17,360 nt of DNA, taken from Tolypothrix carrinoi HA7290-LM1 (GTDB taxonomy: Bacteria; Cyanobacteriota; Cyanobacteriia; Cyanobacteriales; Nostocaceae). The position numbers and the translations under genes are program-made. Below, in pieces: positions 1 to 7,699 of this stretch. The stretch covers positions 1 to 17,360 of the forward strand of contig JAHHIK010000144.1 in the NCBI GenBank assembly GCA_019358935.1, written 5' to 3'. The notes under the pieces are model-generated. The model was given only the letters and a program-made list of their open reading frames with translations, was not told the origin of the DNA and did no database searches. Each line of letters begins with the position of its first letter. Positions within the stretch are counted from its first letter, which is position 1.

Positions 1-72
1 AAGCGGATAGGCGGGACTTTGGATAAGTTTACAAAAATGCATTCACAGGACGGATACAGTTATGGATTCTGA
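1..72 (+). CDS. Probable C-terminal end of a second IscB/RRXRR-family protein (partial, runs in from the left edge)
   Basis: Frame +1 reads KRIGGTLDKFTKMHSQDGYSYGF*. The H-x-x-DGYxY-x-F ending matches the end of the IscB in this window (IHRNDGYMYAF) and the usual IscB C-terminus. Only 23 codons are visible. Confidence 0.6.
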   Translation, partial: KRIGGTLDKFTKMHSQDGYSYGF

Positions 73-152
73 TTTATATCGAAATATTCCGATTTATCCC
101 ACTACTTTAGGACTTAGTTAAATGGCGTAGCGTAATGCGATCCACTTGTGAT

Positions 153-218
153 GCGGGAGCAATTGCCATTTCGGGAGTCGCTGAAATAGATTTTCAGAGG
201 GCAATTACTATTTCGGCG
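153..218. repeat. Solo copy of the 63-bp repeat unit found in the 4008-4331 array
   Basis: 65 of 66 bases identical to 4140-4205. Confidence 0.95.
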
Positions 219-329
219 GTTGATTGTCTTTCTTTTGTTGTTATGCAGCAACAAGGTTTAATCGATGCTGTTACATCAGATCAACATTTTATTCAGACGG
301 GTTTTCGAGCTTTATTACTTGAAACTTAG
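213..329 (+). pseudogene. C-terminal remnant of a PIN-domain (VapC-like) toxin
   Basis: SAVDCLSFVVMQQQGLIDAVTSDQHFIQTGFRALL matches the PIN C-terminal pattern S-x-x-D-C-x-SF...T-x-D-x-HF-x-Q-x-GF. The N-terminal part is replaced by the repeat unit. Confidence 0.8.
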
Positions 330-331
330 AT

Positions 332-355
332 GGTGCGTTAACGAAGTAACGCACC
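332..355. terminator. REP-like hairpin between convergent genes; possible terminator
   Basis: GGTGCGTTA-acgaag-TAACGCACC, a 9-bp perfect stem. One arm (GGTGCGTTAC) recurs near 5967-5976. Confidence 0.5.
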
Positions 356-406
356 CTACGATGATGGGCGATCGCACTCCCACATTCTCGTGATCGCAAA
401 ACTAGA

Positions 407-1753
407 TTAGGGATTCAGACGAATTACCCGACTCTCTGCATTTCCATCTACAGTCAACCTATAAATAAAGTTTCCAGGTGTTAAAGTTTCCCCTGCATCA
501 TTCTTACCGTCCCAGGCAACTGATTTTTGACCAGCACTAGGATTACTTTCATCAACCAGTTGGCGAACATAAACACCAAACTGATTCCAAATATCGATTC
601 TGATTTTTTGGGTATTCTCCGGTAACGTATATTCGATAGTAACTGATTTCTCAAACTGCGCTGGCGCATTTGTTGTTAGAAAGCTTAGAGGTGCAACTCT
701 TTCCACTAGAGGAGCTATTACTGGTGCAGCAGAATACTTGTAAACAGTCTTGCCTGAAGCATAACCGACAGTCACGGGATTACCAAAAAATCGGAATCGA
801 TTGATAAATTGTCCGATTTGGTTTGCATCTTCCCAGTTTTTACCCCCATCTTTTGTTTCGCTGCTGAAACCAGTGGGGTCTTGTGGGAAGTTATAGCCCC
901 AGCCACCAACCCAGCCGTGGTTCTCATCAACAAATCCAACCCCTTCAAGATTTACATTCTCTTGAGGATCGTTTATCCGGAGTCTTTTCCAAGTTTTTCC
1001 GCCATCAGTTGTTTTCAGGATTGCACCTTTAGTAAAGTTCTCCAGAGAGACAAAACCAATATTCTCATTCAGGAAAAAGATTTTCCAACCCCATTCTCCT
1101 AGCGGAAAAGAATCACTAATATCGGCGACTCGGTTTACCCAAGTTTTTCCCCCATCTTCTGTATAGAGAACCACTGGAATTACATCATCGCGAGTGGGTT
1201 TGGGAATACTATTGTCAGCTTTGCCACCGACAACCCAACCAAAATCTTCATTAATGAAATAGTTATCAATCAAAATTGTGGCATATTCGCTCATATCCCA
1301 GGCAGTCCAAGTTGTCCCACCATCGACAGTTTTCATCATGCGGGCAGGGATATCAGCAGGATCATTGGTGCCAGAAGCGTAAATGACCGATTCGTTGACC
1401 ACCGAAAGTCCGCAAATCTTTACCGGAGCGTTTTCAGGGAGATTCTCTACAATAGCCCAAGTCTCTCCTCCATCAGTTGTGTGATACAGGCGTTGCTCCT
1501 CAGATACTGTTCCAACCCAACCATTTAAGGGGGTCGAAAAACCAACACACCTCAAATAAACTGGTCGATTGTTAACGATAGGTGTTTGGAATTGCTTCTC
1601 CCAAATATCGCCGCCATCGGTGGTTTTGATAATTTGACCATTACTATTAACTGCCCAACCTACCATCGGATCGATAAACCAAATATCATCAGTTCTCGAA
1701 CTAGCGATCGGTGCATTTGTAGGAAACCATTGTAAGTTTGTAGAATTTGTCAT
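407..1753 (-). CDS. YCF48-like/BNR-repeat beta-propeller protein with a C-terminal FlgD-type Ig domain
   Basis: Repeated F-x-D/N-x-x-x-GW and T-x-DGG-x-TW (Asp-box) motifs. C-terminal IEYTLP...IDIWNQFGVYVRQLV...WDGKNDAG...GNFIYRL is FlgD-Ig-like. AGAGG lies upstream of the ATG. Confidence 0.85.
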   Translation of the reverse strand: MTNSTNLQWFPTNAPIASSRTDDIWFIDPMVGWAVNSNGQIIKTTDGGDIWEKQFQTPIVNNRPVYLRCVGFSTPLNGWVGTVSEEQRLYHTTDGGETWAIVENLPENAPVKICGLSVVNESVIYASGTNDPADIPARMMKTVDGGTTWTAWDMSEYATILIDNYFINEDFGWVVGGKADNSIPKPTRDDVIPVVLYTEDGGKTWVNRVADISDSFPLGEWGWKIFFLNENIGFVSLENFTKGAILKTTDGGKTWKRLRINDPQENVNLEGVGFVDENHGWVGGWGYNFPQDPTGFSSETKDGGKNWEDANQIGQFINRFRFFGNPVTVGYASGKTVYKYSAAPVIAPLVERVAPLSFLTTNAPAQFEKSVTIEYTLPENTQKIRIDIWNQFGVYVRQLVDESNPSAGQKSVAWDGKNDAGETLTPGNFIYRLTVDGNAESRVIRLNP

Positions 1754-1832
1754 GACAAGTATTTCCTCTTACTTATGGATTTGCGGTTTTGGATTATGGA
1801 CTGTACCCAAGAATAAATTCAATATTCTCTTA

Positions 1833-2180
1833 GAGGTTGTTTGAAAAGTGTTTCGCTGTGACTTTAGGCACTTTTAGATCCCCCCTAACCCCCCGCAAAT
1901 TGGGAGGAACCGGAATCAAAGTCCCCCTTTTTAAGGGGAGCCACAGAGGAAGGGGAGGCAGTGCGTTGGGGAGGACACCTGCGTGGGCGGCTTTGCCGAC
2001 TTGAGCAGCGTGTCCGTTGAGGCAGTGCGTTGGACGGGTTTCCCGGCAGACGCGCACCTGCCGTCGGCTCTGCCGACAGACGCGCAACTGCCGTCGGCGA
2101 GCCACTCTTGTTGCACGTGGCGTGGATTTAGAGGGATCTAGAACTTTTGATACCGACAAGAGGACTTTTCAAACATCCTC
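1833..2180. mobile_element. MITE, 348 bp, with IS5/IS1031-like ends and TTA target duplication
   Basis: TIRs GAGGTTGTTTGAAAAGT (1833-1849) and reverse-complement GAGGATGTTTGAAAAGT (2164-2180) match at 16/17. TTA at 1830-1832 and 2181-2183. No transposase. Confidence 0.85.
1938..2123. repeat. Nested cluster of four small GC-rich dispersed repeat elements (GAG...CGT) inside the MITE
   Basis: Outer element 1938-2123 (GAGCCAC...GTGGCGT); second element 1955-2094 (GAGGCAG...CTGCCGT); two inner elements at 1971-2018 and 2019-2064. Confidence 0.75.
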
Positions 2181-2184
2181 TTAA

Positions 2185-3696
2185 TTACTGAGGAAAATTA
2201 TTATCTTTCCACTGATTGAAAAGGCTAATTCTTGCGTCTGTCCAGGGACCTTCGGGAAATCGAGGTGGCATATTTTTGGAGGATACCTGATTTAAAATTT
2301 CATCTGCACTATTCTTCACAGCATTATAATCATCAAGTATGGAACCACGAGGTTTCATATGAGCTATATCCATCGGTGAGAATAATTGGGAAATCCCGTT
2401 TGTCCAAGTTCCTCCATTGGGTTCGAGGGAAATGGTATGGGCGATGTTTTTTAGTGCCGCCGATACTTCTGTTAAAGCTTGCTGCAACTGTTGATATGGT
2501 TCAGTTCTAGAATCGTTAATCAGCGCGTCACACGCTTCGCCAATTTCTTGCAGTCTCTCTTGGAAAAAGATCCAAGCACTGCTCCGATGCGGGAGTAATT
2601 GAACATCTGCATAAACTTCAAAACTCGGTGCTGCATTCATGCCTGGAAATCCCTCACCTACTGGCAATAGAGTAATTGCTTTAGCTAAGGGAGAAACACC
2701 AAAAGGCATAAGATTAATAAACGCGCTCTTGAGAACATACATCTGCTCCTCATTTTCCTCAGTGTGTGCAAAGAAACGCAGGAGTATTTGCAGCATGACT
2801 TCATAAAGGGCAACGAATATCTCGACTACATCCCGGCTCAAGGGATCGGTAATGATATTGGCACCAGGAGTTGTATTATCTTGTTGAAGACTTAACAGTG
2901 GATTTTCAATGACCGGACGAGTAGGTCGAAAATTGCGATCGCTCTGCAATTCTGCTAAATACTCCTCGCGAATTTTTGTGAATTTAGCAAAATGACTGTC
3001 ATCTCTTTGGGCAGGAGAGCCTTCACCCTGTACGATAATCAAATCGATCGCTTTTATTGCTGAATCCAAGTCTTTAACCTGGATCATCTCTTTAAAAATT
3101 CCAGTTGCTTGAGCTTCGAGCGGACCAATAAACAGTTTTTGACCGATAGTTTGAAAGCCTTGGTGGATTAGTCCGTAGAGTTCTCCAATGGTGTTATACT
3201 CAAGTTTTCTAGGAAGTAATGGTTGTGGTAGCGCCGCCAGAAGTCTTAGCAATTCTTCGTCTCTGATTCTCTGACAAAACTGATTCCAAGATGCTTTTTG
3301 TTCCTCAGTATCAAAGTTATTTGGCAATTCAAAACAAATATAGCGATTCAGCGTAGTTTCATTGAAAGGCGCTAGTTTGAATGAGAGTTTTAAAGAAGTA
3401 TAGGTTTTAGCCTGCGGAAAATTCGCACGTCGGAAATATGGCGCTCCTCCTATAGCAGTGAGCAGATTACTAGCTAGTGCTAGATGCAGCATTTCCTGTA
3501 CTGCAATTTCATTAATTTTCCGCCGCCACCTATTAATTTTAGTTAATTGAGCTTGAGAAACTCCCTCATCTGTGGATTCTTTTAAGCTGAAGGCAGTAAA
3601 AAGATACTGGCAAGCAAGGGAATGTTCCAATTCTGCTGCTTGGGAGAGAAGATAAAGTAAATCTTCTCTGGTTCTGACTTGATTGTCTGAACTCAT
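2185..3696 (-). CDS. Ferritin-like protein (VioB/PF12902-type) with a small C-terminal MPP..W domain
   Basis: Motifs AAELEHSLACQYLFTAFSL, IAVQEMLHLALASNLLTAIGG, FELP, TIGELY, QGEG and SHFAKF. I prefer the in-frame ATG at 3696 to the TTG at 3750. Confidence 0.85.
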   Translation of the reverse strand: MSSDNQVRTREDLLYLLSQAAELEHSLACQYLFTAFSLKESTDEGVSQAQLTKINRWRRKINEIAVQEMLHLALASNLLTAIGGAPYFRRANFPQAKTYTSLKLSFKLAPFNETTLNRYICFELPNNFDTEEQKASWNQFCQRIRDEELLRLLAALPQPLLPRKLEYNTIGELYGLIHQGFQTIGQKLFIGPLEAQATGIFKEMIQVKDLDSAIKAIDLIIVQGEGSPAQRDDSHFAKFTKIREEYLAELQSDRNFRPTRPVIENPLLSLQQDNTTPGANIITDPLSRDVVEIFVALYEVMLQILLRFFAHTEENEEQMYVLKSAFINLMPFGVSPLAKAITLLPVGEGFPGMNAAPSFEVYADVQLLPHRSSAWIFFQERLQEIGEACDALINDSRTEPYQQLQQALTEVSAALKNIAHTISLEPNGGTWTNGISQLFSPMDIAHMKPRGSILDDYNAVKNSADEILNQVSSKNMPPRFPEGPWTDARISLFNQWKDNNFPQ

Positions 3697-3813
3697 CTTG
3701 GGTAATAGTTTAAGAAGGTGTTTATCTTGAACGTTAGTAAAATTTAACAAAAAAGCAAAAGTTTTTGAGAAACAATGACGTTGCGTCTTGATTAGACCAT
3801 CTATACTGCTCTA

Positions 3814-4005
3814 AAGACGATTCCAGTGGTCAATTTTTGAATTTTGCGATCGCCTTAGAAGCTTTTTTTTCCTAACTCGATGCCTCCTATCAAACCAGCC
3901 TCAAACACGAAAACCCTTTCCCTGACTCGTTTATCTCCCCCCTGGGTTTTTCCAGTTGTCTCAACTCTGCTGTCCAATTAAGGGATGATTTTGGTTATGA
4001 GGTAG
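3814..4005 (-). promoter_or_regulatory. Copy 2 of a 192-bp duplicated upstream region with a candidate ECF promoter
   Basis: Ungapped alignment to 9607-9798 with about 14 mismatches by manual count. The minus strand ends TTCAAAAATTGACCACTGGAATCGTCTT. Confidence 0.7.
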
Positions 4006-4007
4006 AA

Positions 4008-4331
4008 TTTTCGGCGAGAGCAATTGCTATTTCGGGAGTCGCAGAAATAGATATTGAGACAGCAATTGCTATTTCGGCGAGAGCAATTACCATTTCCGGA
4101 GTCGCTGAAATAGATATTCAGAGAGCAATTACTATTTCGGCGGGAGCAATTGCCATTTCCGGAGTCGCTGAAATAGATTTTCAGAGGGCAATTACTATTT
4201 CGGCGAAAGCAATTGCCATTTCCGGAGTCGCTGAAATAGATATTGAGAGAGCAATTACTATTTCGGCGGGAGCAAAAGCCATTTCCGGAGTCGCTGAAAT
4301 AGATTTTTAGAGGGCAATTACTATTTCGGCG
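4008..4331. repeat. Tandem array of five 63-bp units, each built from three 21-bp subunits, ending in a HIP1 site
   Basis: Units start at 4020, 4083, 4146, 4209 and 4272, consensus GCAATTGCCATTTCCGGAGTC-GCTGAAATAGATATTCAGAGA-GCAATTACTATTTCGGCGGGA. GCGATCGC at 4329-4336. Confidence 0.95.
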
Positions 4332-4382
4332 ATCGCTTGACTTTTAAGACAGTCGCTACGATCATGGGCGATCGGTAATCCT

Positions 4383-5687
4383 CTAATCGTTCATTTGTTT
4401 GACAAAAGTGGAAAATGCATACATATACCCATCGTTACGGTGGATTGATTTGCAATATTTATGGCGCACCGGGCTAACCTTGCCTTTTGGTGTTCTCATT
4501 TCAAAAACTCCGCTTTCTCGAACGGTTAATCTGCCAACATGAGTCCCTGCGAATTTTCCAGATGGAAGAATTGCGCGTACCATCTCACCAGTCTGAAATC
4601 CAAAGAAAGTCTTGCACCGAGTTCTGTGTTTGGTGGGGAAGCCATATTTATTAGGTGTACACATCTGACGGTTCCCCCAACCTTTAGCAGTAATTAACAA
4701 CGGCTGCAATGTTAGAACTTGCAAGCTTTCTACTACCCCCACTGACGCCGCATCTAGCCAGTGAGTTTTAGGAAGTCCAAACCGAACGCGGTTGTACTTT
4801 GTTCTGCCCCCCGTGCCTGTTTCTACTGGCAATCCTGTCTCTTTGAGTTTTCTAGATAATGCCCAACGACTTGAATTTACTGCGGCTACGTCCTTTAACG
4901 GTTGTTTTGCCTGCCTCAAAATACGGGATAGCACATCAGGCTTTTTGGCTAGAAAATCTTTAATATCTCTATTACCCTTGGCTTGGTTACATGAATGGCA
5001 AGCAAGAGTGAGGTTAGAAACGCGATCGCTACCCCCTTTTGATTTCGGGTAAATGTGTTCTACCTCAAAAGGCACGTTTTCAGCACCACAGTAAGCGCAC
5101 TTTCTGCTCCATTTCTCAAGCAAATATTCCCTGACTTCATAGCCTGCAAGTTCACCCCGCTGATATTCCTTGCCTGATATTTCCGGATTTTGCATTGCTT
5201 GGAGGTCAAATTTAACTAACTCTTGAGATATCCCTGTAATCGGGACATATCGAGTTATTCGCCTTACCCAAGTAAGGATATTTTCAACCCTAGATTCTAA
5301 ACTTGGTGGCAACCATCCTTCTTTTCGAGTACGGTTCAAAAAACGCGGTTTGCGGTAACGGGTTTTGCGATTACGACGGTTGCGACGAATAGCACAACGA
5401 GATTCTAAATCATTCTTGATTTGCTGTCCTCGGTGGATCAACTCAGCACCCCAAATAACTTTATCATCCTGCACAATCGCCAACCCAGTAGTCTTAGAGC
5501 CTGGGTCAATCTTTAGTTGACGGGGCTGTGTTTTGGGATCAAAAACTGCGTATTTTAATATGATTGTGAATGGGTAGCGCCGATACACCGCAGCTTGTTG
5601 TAAATTCAACAGTCGTCTTGCTTGCCCTGGATGGACTGGACTTAACGGTTGTTTATTGGTATCAAGCACGAATACAAAGTTAGACAT
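4383..5687 (-). CDS. iscB: IscB RNA-guided endonuclease (IS200/IS605 OMEGA; PLMP/RRXRR, split RuvC, HNH)
   Basis: N-terminal VFVLD...PLSP; RuvC-I IDPGSKTTG; Arg-rich bridge helix RRNRRNRKTRYRKPRF; RuvC-II QELVKFD; HNH CAYC...EHIYPKSKGGSD...NL...CHSCN; RuvC-III HWLDA; terminal DGYMY. GAGGA RBS upstream. Confidence 0.95.
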   Translation of the reverse strand: MSNFVFVLDTNKQPLSPVHPGQARRLLNLQQAAVYRRYPFTIILKYAVFDPKTQPRQLKIDPGSKTTGLAIVQDDKVIWGAELIHRGQQIKNDLESRCAIRRNRRNRKTRYRKPRFLNRTRKEGWLPPSLESRVENILTWVRRITRYVPITGISQELVKFDLQAMQNPEISGKEYQRGELAGYEVREYLLEKWSRKCAYCGAENVPFEVEHIYPKSKGGSDRVSNLTLACHSCNQAKGNRDIKDFLAKKPDVLSRILRQAKQPLKDVAAVNSSRWALSRKLKETGLPVETGTGGRTKYNRVRFGLPKTHWLDAASVGVVESLQVLTLQPLLITAKGWGNRQMCTPNKYGFPTKHRTRCKTFFGFQTGEMVRAILPSGKFAGTHVGRLTVRESGVFEMRTPKGKVSPVRHKYCKSIHRNDGYMYAFSTFVKQMND

Positions 5688-5689
5688 TT

Positions 5690-5950
5690 TGTCCTCTGAT
5701 TTCTCAGGTTATGTTTTCCTCTCCCAAAGGGAGACGCTTCGCGAACGCCAATGTTAAAAAGGCTTGTTGGGATTAACTCACTTCCTTAGCTAAATACGGA
5801 TGTTTAAAGTTAATCGACAGAGCTAAAAGCTGGAAAGCACTCTTAGGTGTCTTGACCTTCTTAACGTAGCCATTTAAGGCTTAGGAACTGGCTATCTGTC
5901 CAGTAAGAGGGCTGGTTATCCAACCCTGTCCACTGTTTAGCGGATAGCAC
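5690..5950 (-). ncRNA. omegaRNA (HEARO-type) scaffold for IscB
   Basis: Non-coding 260 nt directly 5' of iscB. HEARO-like words appear in order: CCAG..CTAAG, CTACGTT, GACACC, GTGC..CCAGC..CTCTG, TAAACA, AACATTGGCG..AGG.AAACATAACC. Long 5' hairpin at 5891-5948. Ends are approximate. Confidence 0.8.
5721..5745. repeat. 25-bp small dispersed repeat inserted in the omegaRNA
   Basis: Minus-strand TTCGCGAAGCGTCTCCCTTTGGGAG splits the motif AACATTGGCG|AGGAAAACATAACC and contains two mini-palindromes. Confidence 0.6.
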
Positions 5951-5999
5951 TAAGTCAATAAATCAAGGTGCGTTACGCTACGAAAGCTGAGACCAAAGC

Positions 6000-7655
6000 C
6001 TATTGGGAGTACCTTCTTGTTGGTAACTCAACAGGAGCAGAAACAGTTATGGATTGCACCACCTTTTCAACAGGGCTGACTTCTGCCATTGCTGGTACGG
6101 TAGGAACTGTAGTTCTACTAAGTGTACCTGGTGAAACAACCCTCAACAAACCATAGGCGGCAGGACCGTGAGAGCCATCAGATTTTGTCAGGAGGATAGA
6201 ACGATTACCTAATGGGGCATCAGAGGCAGCAGTGATGGTAAGGATAAAAATTTGTGCGCCTTGTATGTCCTGAAACCCAGTTTTTTCAACGGTAATTCCT
6301 GTTCCACCAGTAACCTCAATAGAAGTATTGCGATCGCTATCAAATGCCTCAAGTCCCACATTCTGAACCGTAGTTCCTTGTTCGATCTGCATATTCAGAC
6401 CAGAACGCTCTGCTACTGCCAACATCTCCGATTCTCTCAATATATACGGTCGGGGTAACGGCTTGGTTGCATTACCTGCACAAAGAAATGATTCTGAAGC
6501 GGTCACTTGAGGTAAGCCCCAACCCGCAAGAACAATGTTGAAGGTTTGGGTAATCTGTGATCCGAATTCAATATTTGCTGTCCCGATTCTAATATCGCCA
6601 ACCGTAAAACCAAGCTCTTCAGGCACTTCGTACACTGCATGGATAATGTAATCCATCCGTTCACCACCCTGACGCTGACGACCCCGAATCACCTTCCAAT
6701 AGTCTGATGGTCGAGCATCTGAGGGCGCATTTGAGGGCAGTCGATACGTACCAAAATTAGGCGTTTGAATGTAAAGACCAACTGGATTTTCGAGAGAAAT
6801 CCGTAAGCCAGATTTAGGTTCTCCAGTTCCAAGTACTAATTCATTAACCGTTGCTCCAATGGTAGGATCGCTGTTACGGTTTGCGGTACCATAACGACTG
6901 CAATTAATCAGCGCGTTTTGGTCTGTAATCGGATTACCATTTGTATCTTTACGAAGGACAGTTGCTTGTCCGGCGAGAAATATCTGGGCACTGAGCGTGT
7001 TGGGGTTGCTAATCAGGTGAACAGCCCCGTTAGTTGTTGTGCTATTCCAAGGATTGCGATCGTCATAAGCTGGTCGTCCCGTTGCCGGATCAACGACCAA
7101 ATTGCCCTGGCTATCTCGCAGGTAAAGATCCTCAAGCTTGACCTGTGAACCAACTAATTGTTGATAAAGACGCAACACAACATTCGGATCAATATCCCAC
7201 AATGTATACCAATACTCTCGATTCTCACAGGTAAACATTACTTTGGTGATCTTGCCTTCTGCATTACGGGTAACGCTCCATTCGCAATACTCATCTTGCC
7301 AACCCCGTGGACCAGACGGGGTATAGTTATCAGCAGCTGGCGGGCCCTCATCAGCATATTGCCATTGAGTACGCTGTCCTACACTGGGATACCGAATTAA
7401 GATTCGATTAGGAAATGCTGTCCATGGGATAGGTACGCCTTCTATTCCAACAGGAATATCAGTATTAAGCGGGTTGTAATACTGGGTCAGTGGTGGCTGA
7501 TTCTCTGAACTCCACGGATCGTTTTGTAGGGTCTGTTCCGTAAACCGATTTATGTTGTCATTCCAGCGAGTACGGAATGCTTTTTCTTTTTCTTCTTCGC
7601 CGGGATGAAAATCGTTTTGGTTGGCTGGTGGGTCAAATTGAGGTAGTTTAGGCAT
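6000..7655 (-). CDS. Conserved hypothetical protein (QDEYCEW motif) with a probable C-terminal Ig-like domain
   Basis: 551-aa ORF with AAGGA RBS. Trp-rich core W-x-AFP, QDEYCEWSV, FTCENREYW, NSDP-x-IG. Beta-rich tail ITAASDAPLGNRSILLT. Function not recognised. Confidence 0.8.
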   Translation of the reverse strand: MPKLPQFDPPANQNDFHPGEEEKEKAFRTRWNDNINRFTEQTLQNDPWSSENQPPLTQYYNPLNTDIPVGIEGVPIPWTAFPNRILIRYPSVGQRTQWQYADEGPPAADNYTPSGPRGWQDEYCEWSVTRNAEGKITKVMFTCENREYWYTLWDIDPNVVLRLYQQLVGSQVKLEDLYLRDSQGNLVVDPATGRPAYDDRNPWNSTTTNGAVHLISNPNTLSAQIFLAGQATVLRKDTNGNPITDQNALINCSRYGTANRNSDPTIGATVNELVLGTGEPKSGLRISLENPVGLYIQTPNFGTYRLPSNAPSDARPSDYWKVIRGRQRQGGERMDYIIHAVYEVPEELGFTVGDIRIGTANIEFGSQITQTFNIVLAGWGLPQVTASESFLCAGNATKPLPRPYILRESEMLAVAERSGLNMQIEQGTTVQNVGLEAFDSDRNTSIEVTGGTGITVEKTGFQDIQGAQIFILTITAASDAPLGNRSILLTKSDGSHGPAAYGLLRVVSPGTLSRTTVPTVPAMAEVSPVEKVVQSITVSAPVELPTRRYSQ

Positions 7656-7699
7656 CTTTTTTTCCTTATATTTGGGGAAGTTTTTCTTTGAATATTTCC

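Noticed and set aside
111..138. Target of the omegaRNA guide (GACTTAGT at 111-118; CGTAGCGTAATGC at 126-138)
   Set aside because: Only an 8-nt match plus a REP-like word, in the wrong order relative to the guide region. Consistent with chance.
135..329. Intact 64-aa protein
   Set aside because: It is a chimera of a DNA repeat unit and a PIN remnant lacking the N-terminal catalytic residues.
1830..2159. 109-aa and 61-aa ORFs
   Set aside because: They lie within the MITE and its nested GC-rich repeats, so they are artefactual reading frames.
2185..3696. vioB / violacein cluster
   Set aside because: Only the ferritin-like portion is present (about 500 aa versus roughly 1000 for VioB), and there are no vioA, C, D or E-like genes.
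4008..4331. CRISPR array associated with IscB
   Set aside because: The units are similar along their whole length with no unique spacers, and the array lies 3' of iscB, whereas IscB guides lie 5' of the scaffold.
4383..5687. Nuclease-dead IscB acting as an RNA-guided partner of the ECF sigma
   Set aside because: Catalytic residues look intact, and the presumptive guide has no match in the duplicated promoter regions.
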